63,919 nucleotides of DNA, filler included, from Salisapilia sapeloensis CBS 127946 (GCA_023334545.1; 11 parts of 11 records of this genome joined end to end with filler, not necessarily neighbours in it), one strand, 5' to 3'. Shown: positions 36,053 to 48,171, counted from the whole stretch's first letter. The notes: generated by a model not told the origin, from the letters alone. Program-made: numbers and translations.

Positions 36053-38388
36053 TCAACCGATTGTTGAAGTTGGATCATCGTAAAAGTCGAGATGGAGGTC
36101 TGCGAGCTTTGGAAATAGCTCTGTTTGCATTTGCATCGATGTTAACATCAGTTTGGAACAAGGGATAGTGCATATACGCCTCCAATGTCCACTTTGTGTG
36201 TTCACGTCAAAGTAGTATGCTTTCAAGGTCTTTGGGTTTTGATACCAACCACTGTGACCTTGTCTGGTGCCTGGCATTGCACCCAGTACGCCAGATTTCA
36301 TTGCGTCCTTGTAGAGAGACATCTGGAATGCAGTACGTATTCTGTTTCCACGATATATGGCTTGGAAGCGGGCTAGTTGTTGCTGAGAAAGTAGTATCAG
36401 TAGGCGAACATTAAAAAATTAAAGTTACAAGTACATACCGATAGATAGGACGGTAGCATATAGTTGGAAGTACCGTTTCTTCTTCCCGACGATAACGCTT
36501 CAAGTTTTTGGCTATCGAACACGACTTCTGCTCGCGGTAATAAAGCTAAGTTAAGAGGAGGAATAACATTCTGGACTCTGTTCTTTACTCTCATTGTCTC
36601 AGTGGTAGTTATTGCAGAGACCACTTGGGCAATCTTTACGATTACCTCCACCAAGATATATGCTTCCCATTGGCAGATTTGTGCCAGCTGCTCTGCGTGG
36701 AAAACTTTAGTGACCTCGATGATAATGCCATCGATTGTATCGTTCATAGCATCGTCGTAGGCTACTTTATCATCGTAAGTTTCTACTATAGCTTCAGCAG
36801 CGCCCTTCGATGCCGTATCGTCAATTATTATGTCTTTGAGCTCTTGTATAATAGACTTGACTACATCATCCACTGTAATATCGTCGACTATATTGTCATC
36901 ATAGGTTTTAACAAGAATGCCCGTTGAAAGAGACTCGGTACCTTCAGGCTCAATTTTCTCAACAATTTCGCGTATGCTAGATGAAATAGCTTCATTGTCG
37001 GAGCATGTCGTTGATAACATTAAATTCTTGTACGGCTCGGATATACTCTCTCCTTCCGTTCTTATATCTGTTTCTCTGCCAGTTATTGATAACTTATCTA
37101 CAGTCTTCTTGACTACTTCTTCCATTAATGCATAAACATATTGATGGATAACATGCGGCTGTACAATCGGGTGCTTATAAAAAGAAGTCCTTTGCCAGAT
37201 ATGCGAGGGCGTTATAGATGATAGTGCTTTGGATATCTTCATAGAAGACTTTCGCGTAAAAGCAGACCGAGAAGTCGTATTTATAATCGACTGGAGGCGA
37301 ATGAGAGCATCTGTGATGCCACGGTTTCCTTCTAGAGCAGCAACCTCGCATAGTGATGTCAGTGTTAAAAGCGGAGGCAGATAGCGTAGTTTCGGGCAAG
37401 AGTATGGGCGTCGTTGCCGAAGTAAATGCAAAGGTTTAATCGGTTGGAGATCAGCTAAGTGTGAATTTCCATGCTCGAGCATCCAAGCCGCCTTGCGGTA
37501 GCCTGGCGATGGAGTTTGCGACCATTTGTTGCATGCATTTTTCTTCTCTGACGATTGCACGGAGACATCCTGGAAACTCACTCGCTCCATTGTTGGATCA
37601 ACTGTCATTGTAGCCGCATCTTGTTGATCCGTTACCTGTTTGTGTCTCGCATATGGTTGATGATTGCTAAAATCATCGGATCCAGTCGACACAGTCCAAT
37701 GTGCGAGGGACATTTCCACGCCTTCTCTGGAAAGCTGTCGGGATGTACAACTCGCCTCGATTGTAGCTCTCCTCTGTGCCCATATAGTATCCGAAACTTG
37801 TCGGCTTGATGGAGGTGGACTCGTATCGATATTTAGAGGAGCTAGATAATGCGCGTCATTCTTAGACCGTATTGATCCTAGCTTGGCGAAAGCGTCCACA
37901 TCCTTGTCAATAACGTCTAAATGCCTATTGCTAGTGCTGGGCTTGCTTGACCTCAATTTTACTGCGAGTGGATGCGTTGGATCCAAAAACTTATCTGCAT
38001 TCTCTTTCTTCTTTTTCCTTTTCTCGTTCAAGTTAGCATTCCGACTCTGCTTTTTCTTTACAGGTGATGTCAAGATAGTTTTCTCTGCTCCTAGTCTAGC
38101 ATGCCCTTGACTTGTACTTGTTTTCATAACCTGCTTGTATCGCACAGCTTTATTTTCTTTCTCTGCTAACCACTTTGGCAACCTCCTTTGTTCCATTGTT
38201 GGTAGTTCTCGCGGAGGTGTTCCAGGCATCAGAACTATCGGTCGAAGCGCTTGCATTCGATACGCTTCCAACGATCCGCTACTAGGCAAGTAAGGATGTA
38301 TCGTATCGTCTGGAAACCCCTGTGCCTTTCGATAGCTGCGAAGTGCTGCATCACTTGGTAAGTATTTCAATCGATTTCTTGTCGTCAT
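36053..38388 (-). CDS. Hypothetical protein with C-terminal IQ-like motif, at least one intron
   Basis: Long ORF from MTTRNRLKY (38388). A downstream exon reads ARFQAIYRGNRIR (IQ-like) and continues into ORF 36053-36322. Confidence 0.55.
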
Positions 38389-38503
38389 GCTCCCTTTTAA
38401 ACACCAAAAACACGTACATGAAAGCTGACTACCATACTTTTCCCAATTTAGATATACAAGAACAATGCAATCGACTAGTACAATATGATCAACGAGTACG
38501 AAA

Positions 38504-41137
38504 TCATGCGTTCGATTTTCCATACAGAGTCGCTGGCACCTCCTTCTGCTCCACTTCATCAATATCATCCTCATCTAAATCAATCTCTTCTTCATTCTCC
38601 ACGACCTCGTCTGTTTTCTGTCGAACGTTACGTTCTTCCTCTTCCTGCTCGCCACTCCGTTTCTTCGAATCCGTCGGTGCGACTTCTGCTTCTAAGTTCG
38701 CCATCGGGTCGCCTCCAGTCTCAGCTGACGAAGCTGCAACCATGCCTGTCCCAGCATGCGTCTGGGCATCCTGTCCTGAAGCCGCATCCGCTGACATGTA
38801 GTTCACGTGCGAATACAACGCCGTGACAGATCGTTTGATCCGGAGCATGTCCAAAAACGTCTCTTCCGACCCGTGCGCAACTTCAAACTCATGCCAGACC
38901 TGCCAAAACTTTTCTTCATACCGCCGTGGATCACAGTATTGAGACGCATGGGCATAGATCGCTCTCGCTCGATCAATTTCACCAAGCTTCGTCTCCATCG
39001 ATGCGAACTCGAGGCACAAGGGCGGTACATTGTCTTCCTTGACCTTTTGGATGCCACTCTGATACACCTGCCGGACTTTACTCACACCAAAGAACGCTTG
39101 TGCTTTCTTCACGTACACTTTGTACACCTCCAGCTGCTCTTCTGGTAGCACGTGCTCCGTCGCTCGATCCAAAACGTTCATAACGTTCCGGAGCATACCA
39201 TGCTTCTCTTCGAAGTCTGCAAACAAAAGATACAGCTCTTTCGCATGTTTCTCCGGTGCACTCGCCACAGCTTGTTCATGCAAATCGCGTGCTCGTTCAC
39301 GCTTTGATCCGCCATAGCGCTTGACGAATTTCGTCAAGTACACACGCCAAATGTCTGCTGCATGTGGAAACTTGGGGAAGAGCGCGAGACCACGTTCATA
39401 GACGCGAAAGCTTTCTTCAAAGTACTTTTGCTCTTCGAGATAATTGGCAAAGTTGAGCACCATTTGGACTGTCGCAACGTGCAGATCCATCACATCGTTA
39501 TACGCCGCTCGAGTCGACTCGACGTCCCCTAGACTTTCTTCTAAATCTAATCGCAAGTTCCATAACTTGACACTACGGTGCACCTTGTCCTGTGCTTTCA
39601 GTGGCTTCTTCTGACGTAGACGCAGCGCACGTGACTCTGGTACTTGACAGGCCTTTCGAGCGAGGTCGAGTGCCTCATCAAAGTTCTCCTGACGTACTTC
39701 CATCTCGATCCAGTCGCAGTAGACTGTCCCGAGCTCTCCGTCACTACGAAAGTCTACGTCTACTGCTCTTTCAAAGATCTTACGAGCGTTCGAGAGATCG
39801 TTATGGTCTTCATAGTATCGAGCGAACTTTGTCCAGAGGATGTGGACTTTGCCAGGAGCACGTGCAGGTTCGACGGTCTTGACAGCCTCCGCGAATGTCC
39901 GCAGCACTTCCTGCGGTTCCGATGACGAGGATTGGATGAGATCGATGCGTTTCTCCCAGTCCTTGACGCTATGTGGATTCTGACGAAGCAAAACGGAGTT
40001 TAAGAGGACAGGTCGACGCTCAACAAGGTCTTCATACTGCTGTAGCAACGTCTGTACTTGTTCCTGATGCTCGTCTTTTTCCTTCGGTGGCAAGTCGTCG
40101 TCCTCCACGAGCTTCATCTCTGCTGTGAGCATAGCTTCCAAGAACTTTACATACGCATCAAAGATCATACTAAAGTCACGAACGGTTAAGACAGTTTCTA
40201 AGCCTTCTTCATACGTCGCTCGGGCCTTGTCGAAGTTTCCAAGACGGACAAAATGGGTCGAGAGAGAGCACCAGAGCCGACCGACTTCATCCGAAAATTG
40301 CGTCATGCCTTTACGCAGAATGACTTCGGCATCAATGTCTGACGCGACGCTCGATGCGCGTTGGGAGAGGAGGTCGCATAGCTGCATCCACATAGCATGA
40401 AAGGTCTTGTTTGGGGCTGGGTATTGGTCATGCTCTTCAATGAGCTGAAGGAGCTGGCGACTGCCTTCCTCGTACTGCTTATTGGACAAAAGGTAGTCGA
40501 CGAGCTCTTCTCGCGCTCTTGGTTCGAGACGCAAGTACCGTTTGTACGTACGAATGACAATGCGATGAATGCCAACATCTTTGACGAAAGACAAGTATGG
40601 AGTCCAGATACGATGGTGCTGTGTGATGGGAAGGACTTTAATAGCTCGATCAAAGGCATGACGACAAGCGATGATGCGTTCAAATTCTTGTAAGAAGGAG
40701 GTGTAGTTCAACCAGAGACGTGGCATCTTGCCCAACTGGGTCAAACAACGTTCATACAGTTCCTGTAAGGTCGATATAGACGGACTGTCCGGTCGCTGGC
40801 CTCGGACTTGGGTCACGTAATAGTCTTTCAAATACATTGTCCATAGCTTGTAGCTAAGTGGCATGAGCTCAACAGCACGTTCATATACCTTGAAACGGCT
40901 GTGTGGATCTGAATCGCTGAGGGCGTGGATGTATGCCACCCAGACCTGAACAGCATACGGATTACGCTGGATCTCGTCTTCGTACTCTAAAAAGAGCTCA
41001 TTCTGTACGTATTATAGGTTAATATTGGTATTCTTCTAAAGGTACATGAAGATGGGAGATATGTGAAGGTAGTATTATACCTGTGTGTTGGTGGAGGATG
41101 CAGATAATGCGTCCGAAGGAGTCACTGTCGCCGCCAT
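38504..41137 (-). CDS. SYF1: Pre-mRNA splicing factor SYF1/XAB2 (HAT repeats), intron 41003-41080
   Basis: LEYEDEIQRNPY..W, YERAVELMPLSYKLW, LNSVLLRQNPH, KYFEESFRVYERG, LGEIDRARAIY and FEVAHG..ETF.DMLRIKRSV. Confidence 0.96.
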
Positions 41138-42010
41138 CGAAACAAAAAGGCGAGAGGTGTATGAGTGCGAATTTAGGAGAGATGCGCATATAATGGAAGG
41201 ATGCGTTTATTTGAGACGGTGCGATTGACCTGTAATAATGGCTGCAGGTGGAAGCGTATCCTCTGACGAGGTGTGTCCTTGAGACCATTGTCAAGACTTT
41301 GTTTGTTTTAAAGTTAGTTTGCAATGAGGTGATTCCTTCTTTAGTTAAAAGCATGCTTTTCTTAAATGCTACCAAGTCTAGTGTTTAAGATTGCATAGGA
41401 TAATGTATGGAGATTATAATGAATGCTTCCGTTTAGCTGCTTCTTGCTTTATGGCTGTCGTCGTCTCATTCGACTCCTGTGCAAGTGTGCGATTTGTGAT
41501 AATAAGTAAGCGGTTTTGAAATTGGTGATTCAATCGTGAACTTGACCTCATGATTCCACTACTTGTCTTTTAAAATACCTTCTACTAGCGGAGTCTTGAC
41601 CCGCGTACAGCACTGGTTAGATTGCAGCTTTGTTCATACTCTGATTACACCTACTAACTTTGTCCATGCTTGGTCTATTGCCAATCAAATTCCAAACTCG
41701 GCTTTAAAATATTTTAGGCACAAGCAAAGCCACATTTTAAACAGTGTTTCTACCTATCGCTACCACAAATCTCTATCAAGGAATGATAGATGAACTCCAT
41801 GTCGTAAATATCCACCGTCTATCTGCCCTACACAAAAGTATGAAAAGCATCCAAAAGCGTGTCCATGAATTGATCGTTTCTGGTCTTGACCACTGTGATC
41901 CTCAATATGTTGAAACCTTTCAAATTGAAATCGCTGTCTACGCTAATCCAAGACCCTCCTAAACAGAATACCTCAATACCGATTGTCATTTTCCAACACG
42001 AAGAATTAAA

Positions 42011-43196
42011 ATGGCGTCGGCACTACCAGTGGACCGAGCTCAATCCAATGCTATGAACTTGCAAGTGTTGAAACGACAGGATGCGAATGTCTCGGAGATT
42101 GTCGACAGCATGAGTCACGTTGTCGTGTACGAATTCGACATGACGTCCCAAGGCTGGGTATGTGAGCTCGTAGCATGATCGACTTCCATCTTATCATACT
42201 CCTACCTCGTCGGTGTTTATAGAAACGGAAGAATGTCGAAGGCAGTATGTTCATCGTCAAGCGGTAGGACGTCCAAACCTCTCATCTACCTCCACAATCG
42301 ACTCATCATGCAATAGCACCACAGCGCCACATTACCAGATTTTTGTCAATAATCGACTGAGTACGACCAACATGGTGCTCTCCGTCGATGAGCAGCTAGA
42401 GCTCGATAGTGTCGACACCTTCCTCATCCTCCGTTGCCCTGTACCTGTATGATAGTATCCTCCTGTCCTCTTATCTACCTTTAATCTGATGGTTTGTATG
42501 CTCTAGGCGAGTCCGAATGGTTTTGCCATCTACGGCATTTGGTTCTTCCCGGAAGAAGATCGTGAAAAGACCCACCAGCTACTTGGCAAGTACGCCACGT
42601 CCAAATTTTTTAAATAGAAGAAGCTCTAATAGTCGCATAGGATCATCGCGTCACTCCATGACCCGAGTATCACCATCCCATCCGCCGCGGTAAGTGCACC
42701 GGCGACGCCTCCTGTCCCAAGTCCGAAGGCAAAGAAACCGTCTCAGCAGACGCAGCAATCTCAGCAGTCTCAGCAACAGACACCTGGCCGTACGCGGTCT
42801 CGTCCACGTAAGAACAAGGAGAACAAAACGAATCCGAAGGAAAAGAAGGGAATCTCTGCGGAGAATCCGCCGACGATTCTAAAGAGACCTTCGAATAACG
42901 CGACATCTTCTCCTGCTCCATCTGATAGTACACCCCAAGGGATGGTCCCAGTGTCTCGAGAAGACGGAATTGCGGCTGGAGAAGCGATTCTCGGCATGAT
43001 TTCTCATAAACGTTCGTCTCAAGGCAGTGGTGGCAGTGGACAGTCTAGTGGACTCTTAGTCCCGACGTCAGTGAGTCCGAAATCAAATGGTCAAGTGGAT
43101 AAGGCAGAACTCAAGCAGACGCTGCTAGGATTGCTCGAGGACGACGCGTTCTTTGATCAGATCTACCAAGCGTATGTCCAGCGTCTTGGTCGTTGA
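42011..43196 (+). CDS. DCP1: mRNA decapping activator DCP1 (EVH1 domain), multi-exon
   Basis: MNLQVLKRQDANVSEIVDSMSHVVVYEF..W|KRKNVEGSMFIVKR, FVNNRLSTTN and C-terminal DDAFFDQIYQAY trimerisation-like segment. Confidence 0.9.
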
Positions 43197-43243
43197 AAAG
43201 AAAGATAGTTTTCTTTTCTTTTGGATTTATTTGTTCTCTTCGT

Positions 43244-44089
43244 ATGTCGTCGAACCCGTTTGCCAAGTATGTGTATGCGTCTGGGAGTACATGCAAGTCT
43301 GTTAAGACTGAATGCACGCACGTGAAAGTAGAGGTTAGTGAAGATGAAAGTATCTGTAGAAAGCAATTGGATTCGATCATCGATTTTCGACGTGAAAATC
43401 ATGCACCAGTGGATCAATTCGGTACGCAGGCGTGTCCGACAAAGGAAGCACAAGCTGAGAATGGAAGCATCTACCGCTTCCAGCTACTTGTGGGTTCATT
43501 GCTGAGCTCTCAGACGAAGGATCCAGTCACACATGCAGCTATGATGCGACTACATGAGCACTGTAGTGAACAGTATGGCAGTGCGATAGGACTGACAGTT
43601 CCGAGTGTGCTGCAGATGAATGAGCAGACGCTGGATGAGCTATTAATTCCCACTGGCTTTCACCGACGAAAGGCCAAGCATATAAAAGAAGTGGCCATGA
43701 TGCTTCACAAATATTACAGAAATGACATTCCAAGAGGTCGATCGGAGCTAGAAGAGCTGCCTGGCATCGGACCCAAGATTGCTCGAGTCATCATGTTATT
43801 AGCATGGGAAGAAGCGGATGGCATCGTCGTAGACACGCATGTCCATCGCGTTGCCCAGCGATTACACTGGGTAGGACGGAATGTAAAGCTACCAGAGGAT
43901 ACAAGAAAGGAATTGCAAGAGTGGGTTCCACGTTCGTATTGGGATTCAATATCCTACGCTGTCGTTGGATTAGGACAAACTGTGTGTGTTGCCAATCGAC
44001 CGAAATGTAGTGTCTGTCCAGTCGGAGAGACTTGTCCAAGTGCTCAAGTACCTCGTGATGGACCGGAAAAGAAAAAAAAGAAAGAGTAA
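43244..44089 (+). CDS. NTH1: Endonuclease III homolog (HhH-GPD DNA glycosylase with 4Fe-4S cluster)
   Basis: LLSSQTKD, HhH LPGIGPKIA, VDTHVHR and cluster motif C-x6-C-x2-C-x5-C (CVANRPKCSVCPVGETC). Confidence 0.96.
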   Translation: MSSNPFAKYVYASGSTCKSVKTECTHVKVEVSEDESICRKQLDSIIDFRRENHAPVDQFGTQACPTKEAQAENGSIYRFQLLVGSLLSSQTKDPVTHAAMMRLHEHCSEQYGSAIGLTVPSVLQMNEQTLDELLIPTGFHRRKAKHIKEVAMMLHKYYRNDIPRGRSELEELPGIGPKIARVIMLLAWEEADGIVVDTHVHRVAQRLHWVGRNVKLPEDTRKELQEWVPRSYWDSISYAVVGLGQTVCVANRPKCSVCPVGETCPSAQVPRDGPEKKKKKE

Positions 44090-44134
44090 TGTGAACATGT
44101 CTTGTTGTCAAGGAGCAATTTCAATCGAAAATCT

Positions 44135-44587
44135 TTACGCGTGGGCGTAAATGCCTGCAATAAGTAGAGCTGTACCAAATATTGTCATGATGGCGATTCG
44201 AAATAACGCTCGATCGACAATCGTTGCCATGTTCTCAACTTTACGCCGTCGACGGCGTATTAATGGCACGGCAAAATGATCTTGCTCGATGCCTTTGACA
44301 TCATACACTTCGGATCTTGCCGAGGATGAAGGGAAGATTGCAAGTGCTGATGAAATTGCAGCAAAGTAGGAAAGAAGCCATGCAGGCTGGAGAAGGGTGG
44401 AAAGGAACTTGTGCAGCTTCCACCGCTGATGCACCGGTGTGTCCACGCTGCGCTTGTATCCAAGCAAAGCAGCATACTGGTCGTCTATATCGTCATCTTC
44501 CTCTTCCATATCGTACATAAGCGGCTGCTTTAGTAGCTCTGAGTTGCCGTCAAGGGACGCACTCGGGTCATAAAGAGGTGAGTACAT
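44135..44587 (-). CDS. Hypothetical membrane protein, 150 aa
   Basis: ATG-initiated ORF with an acidic N-terminus and two hydrophobic segments, one C-terminal. Confidence 0.55.
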   Translation of the reverse strand: MYSPLYDPSASLDGNSELLKQPLMYDMEEEDDDIDDQYAALLGYKRSVDTPVHQRWKLHKFLSTLLQPAWLLSYFAAISSALAIFPSSSARSEVYDVKGIEQDHFAVPLIRRRRRKVENMATIVDRALFRIAIMTIFGTALLIAGIYAHA

Positions 44588-45209
44588 CTCTGCACTAGAT
44601 GCTACGACCCCAATTCGACAGTAACCTTATTTACTTGGATTAAGTATATATGCGCCATGTTCTTTGATTTATCTTGTCTTGAGTATGTGAAAATGAATTT
44701 AGGAGGGAGGCTACAACTTATCAGGATTGCGAAGATTGCAAGGATACTCCTGCCCTTTAAAGGATATCTGAATGGCGGACAGTCATCACTATCTATTTGT
44801 ATTCGTATAATACAACAATGAAAACTCTATGGACTTTGCATGTTGATTCTCTAGCTCGTTTCTATTTATTTGTATACAAATTTCTTCTTTCCTACCACCG
44901 AGCGTGCAGAAGACTATGCATGCTTCGACTGCGTCTATGTCACAAGCAGATATATAGCAGATACCAACTTGTTGCATAGTCTCGTGGAGGTGTATACATA
45001 CGTCGATGTAGCACCGGTAAAAGCAGCAATTGTACATGTTTCTATCGACAGCGCATATAGTAACTTGGAGCGACCTCGTACCTTATGATCGACTCCATGA
45101 GAAACCAAGTAGAACTGCCAACTAAACTGTCAAAGGAAAATGAATGGGACCAATATAGTATTTATTATTCTTGTAAATGTTTGTAAGACTAACTAGGACG
45201 CTCTCCTCT

Positions 45210-46643
45210 TTAGCGCTTCTGATGGTTGAGGAATCGCATAGCGAGTGCCGTGAGAATACGTGTGATCGCCAAGATGCCAAAGTAGATGCCAATGTACTGT
45301 GCGATGTGCTCGTGCTTGACACCAAACGTGGTTTCAATATACGTCTTCGCAACAGGGTTCTCCAAGCCAGAGTCCGTGGGTGGGTTACTCATGATACGGC
45401 ATCCGAGCTCCCAGTCGTCCGTATCGATCGTTCCATTCGATGCTTCGATCTCGGCCATGCGGTCTTCCGGGCAATTGCCAAAGACCAAAGCAGTAAGCGT
45501 TGCCCACGGATACCTCGGCGGTGAGATTGCATAAACCCACTTGTACCCTGCAGGAATCTTAGCTGCAGGCGGATTGAATCCGACGAAGAGGAGGAAGATC
45601 ATATTGAACAGCATTGAGAAGATAGCTGCGACTTCCACGCTCGGCAGTGCGAACATGAGAAGCTGTCCGAGATATGCGTAGAAGAGGATCTGGAGCGACA
45701 GTGTCAACCAGTAGCAGACGTAGATACCAAAGCCTGAAAATCCAACCATGGGGAAGAAGATGGCAGTGAAGATGAGGGTAGATACAAAGACGTATGGGAT
45801 CTCAACGATCGTAAAGCCGAGGAAGTACCATAACGAATTGTACGTCTCTGCAGTACGCTCTCGGTAGAAGGCAGCACGTTCGTCTGCCACGATGGGAAGT
45901 ACACTGATCATAGAGACGACACCACAGAACATGGTGGAGATGAAGATGATACCGACACCACCATTGACACCTTGGTAGTCCTTGAAGTTGTTGCCGAGCG
46001 AGATGAAGCCGTAGACAAGTGCAAGCGCGATCATGATCAAGACTCGAGTAAAGTTGTATGCTGGTGTACGCCAGAACGTTTTGAAGAAGCGTTCGAGCAA
46101 CAGTTTGATCTGGACAGAAGGACCCGAAGCACGCTTCCTAGTGAATCCGAGCTCCTTTGTGTCTGGAGATGGAGACAGCATACCTGGCTCTGCCAGGTCT
46201 GCGTCCATCTTCTGTTTCAATGCGCTTCCTCGGAAACCAGCAACGTAATCCACAGCGCTATCTCCAGCAGCGTCGGAGCCTTGGCCGACACCGGCACCAA
46301 TGACTTCGAGCATCCATGTGGCGGGGTTGTAGTTGTCCGGAATGGGGTCAATACCTGGGTATTGCGTAAAGTAGTCTACGATCGACTTGCCTTCCTCACC
46401 GACGTCACCGAAGTAGACGGTCTCACCACCACGCTTGAGCAGGAGGAGCTTGTCGAAGAAGTAGAAGACACCAGCGGAAGGCTGATGGATGGTGCACAAG
46501 ACCGTCCGACCAGAGTCAGCAACCTTACGGACACCATCCATGATGAGCTTGGCCTTTCGAGCATCCAAACCACTCGTCGGTTCATCTAAGAACAAGACAC
46601 TTGGCTGAGCAGCGAGTTCCACGCCAATCGTCAGTCGCTTCAG
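45210..46643 (-). CDS. PDR-type full-size ABCG transporter, 3' part (NBD2 end + TMD2)
   Basis: KRLTIGVELAAQPSVLFLDEPTSGLDA, CTIHQPS, YNPATWMLEVIG, FWRTPAYN and ERAAFYRER. Confidence 0.96.
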   Translation of the reverse strand: MKRLTIGVELAAQPSVLFLDEPTSGLDARKAKLIMDGVRKVADSGRTVLCTIHQPSAGVFYFFDKLLLLKRGGETVYFGDVGEEGKSIVDYFTQYPGIDPIPDNYNPATWMLEVIGAGVGQGSDAAGDSAVDYVAGFRGSALKQKMDADLAEPGMLSPSPDTKELGFTRKRASGPSVQIKLLLERFFKTFWRTPAYNFTRVLIMIALALVYGFISLGNNFKDYQGVNGGVGIIFISTMFCGVVSMISVLPIVADERAAFYRERTAETYNSLWYFLGFTIVEIPYVFVSTLIFTAIFFPMVGFSGFGIYVCYWLTLSLQILFYAYLGQLLMFALPSVEVAAIFSMLFNMIFLLFVGFNPPAAKIPAGYKWVYAISPPRYPWATLTALVFGNCPEDRMAEIEASNGTIDTDDWELGCRIMSNPPTDSGLENPVAKTYIETTFGVKHEHIAQYIGIYFGILAITRILTALAMRFLNHQKR

Positions 46644-46743
46644 NNNNNNNNNNNNNNNNNNNNNNNNNNNNNNNNNNNNNNNNNNNNTTAATTAATTAAN
46701 NNNNNNNNNNNNNNNNNNNNNNNNNNNNNNNNNNNNNNNNNNN
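46644..46743. other. Artificial contig spacer
   Basis: 44 N + TTAATTAATTAA + 44 N. Confidence 0.98.
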
Positions 46744-46884
46744 CTCCTTGCCGGTGACGCGGCTCAGGACGTAGTTGGCGCTGGACTCGCCCCATCGCGC
46801 GACGGCATTGACGCCACGGAAGGACGTAGTGTAGTTGTAGACGTTCTTGCCGGTGTTGTAGAAGTACTCGAAGCGGGTGAACCA
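46744..46884 (-). repeat. 141-bp exact inverted terminal repeat, left copy (partner 48031-48171), coding
   Basis: Exact reverse complement of 48031-48171. Encodes [47 protein letters not shown]. Confidence 0.97.
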
Positions 46885-47516
46885 AGGTCGCATCGGCGTC
46901 GGCTGCATCGCCATGTTCATTGGAGCAGCAGGAGCTGCCATCTTAGGAGATTGCTTCTCTTTCTTAGCAGGCTCCTTCTCTTTCTTAGCAGACTCCTTTT
47001 CTTTCTTGACAGGTTGGAAATTGGTGCTGAGGACCAATTCCGTGGTGGATGCCTGGTTGCCATCTTCGTTGAGGGTGATGGTAAACTCACTACCTTGGCT
47101 CTCCTTGAGGAATTGCTGCAAGTCCATTTGGTTTGTAGTTACCGAGATGTCGTTGCCTTTGTTCGACTTGCCGATGATTTCGACCGTGAGCTGCTCGGAC
47201 TCGGCCACATCCTTTAAGTCACTAGAGTATCCACATTAGTTGGTGTCAACCATAGGAGAATAGACATAGCTATTACAATTGGACATTCGCCTCGATGCTG
47301 GCATCGTTGCCTTTGCTGCCGTACTCAGTTTGCTTTTCCTCGCCGGCGACAGTAAACTTGACGATGTGGTTTTCACCTGTACATGGCAGAGATGAGAAGA
47401 GTGGACAATGGTCAACTTGCGGAAGTTTTACTTGCAAAGTGTCCTCGAGGCTCCTCGTCGATGACCTTCACCTTGAGTCGGTGGACGTGAATGTTAAACT
47501 TGCCGGAAATGCCCAT
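46744..47516 (-). CDS. C2-like domain fused to an unidentified shared domain; 3' end truncated; introns 47377-47431 and 47222-47276
   Basis: Two 55-bp GT-AG introns join [68 protein letters not shown] (eight-strand C2-like pattern) to a Lys-rich linker and RPWFTRFEY. Confidence 0.7.
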
Positions 47517-47544
47517 GCTGCGCTTGACCTTTGAGTCGAATTTC

Positions 47545-47560
47545 GCAAATTCGGAAATGA
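47545..47560 (-). promoter_or_regulatory. INR+FPR core promoter of the C2-containing paralog
   Basis: Minus strand TCATTTCCGAATTTGC, 28 bp upstream of the ATG at 47516. Confidence 0.7.
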
Positions 47561-47936
47561 ATCTTTTCTGGGAGAGATTGACTGGAGATGAGTATACGGC
47601 TTCAACGACCATAAATCGCACCATGCGTCATCTTTCAATCTGAAGTGCCTACGTAATAGACGAGGTAGAGAGCCGGCTGGGAAAGACGGACCGACACGAT
47701 TTAAACGAGTAGACTACTTTCTCCTTGACTACTTGTGGCTTTATATTCATGCATTATTCTATGCCTCTCGTCGCTGCCTTCTGTTCCTTTCCATCGACTC
47801 ACGAGAAAGCGCAAGATCGGGCTGAGAACTGATTCCGACGTTAGCTCAACTGAATTTCAGTATGACGCTGCAGGACAAAAAATATAACTCGGTTGAAGAT
47901 CTTCAAGAGATGCGGCGATTTGAGCAGACACCAAGG

Positions 47937-47952
47937 TCATTCCTCAATTTAC
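47937..47952 (+). promoter_or_regulatory. INR+FPR core promoter of the short paralog
   Basis: TCATTCCTCAATTTAC, 36 bp upstream of the ATG at 47989. Confidence 0.75.
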
Positions 47953-47988
47953 TTCGACTAGCACATCGACCAACAAACCAACAAACCA

Positions 47989-48171
47989 ATGGAAAACAAG
48001 AGCCAAATGACCCAAGTCACACCACGCCCGTGGTTCACCCGCTTCGAGTACTTCTACAACACCGGCAAGAACGTCTACAACTACACTACGTCCTTCCGTG
48101 GCGTCAATGCCGTCGCGCGATGGGGCGAGTCCAGCGCCAACTACGTCCTGAGCCGCGTCACCGGCAAGGAG
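47989..48171 (+). CDS. Short-N-terminus paralog of the 46744-47516 gene; 3' end truncated
   Basis: [21 protein letters not shown].., identical to the other copy from W onward. Confidence 0.75.
48031..48171 (+). repeat. 141-bp exact inverted terminal repeat, right copy
   Basis: Reverse complement of 46744-46884. Confidence 0.97.

Noticed and set aside
36397-38574. Apparent overlap between the 725-aa ORF and the SYF1 3' end
   Set aside because: The overlap is only an upstream ORF extension. The plausible ATG at 38388 lies past the SYF1 stop at 38504.
41563-41962. Short plus-strand ORFs between SYF1 and DCP1
   Set aside because: Under 80 aa, no motif, uncertain starts.
44789-45100. Short ORFs and possible micro-exons between the membrane protein and the PDR gene
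   Set aside because: No coherent spliced product could be assembled.
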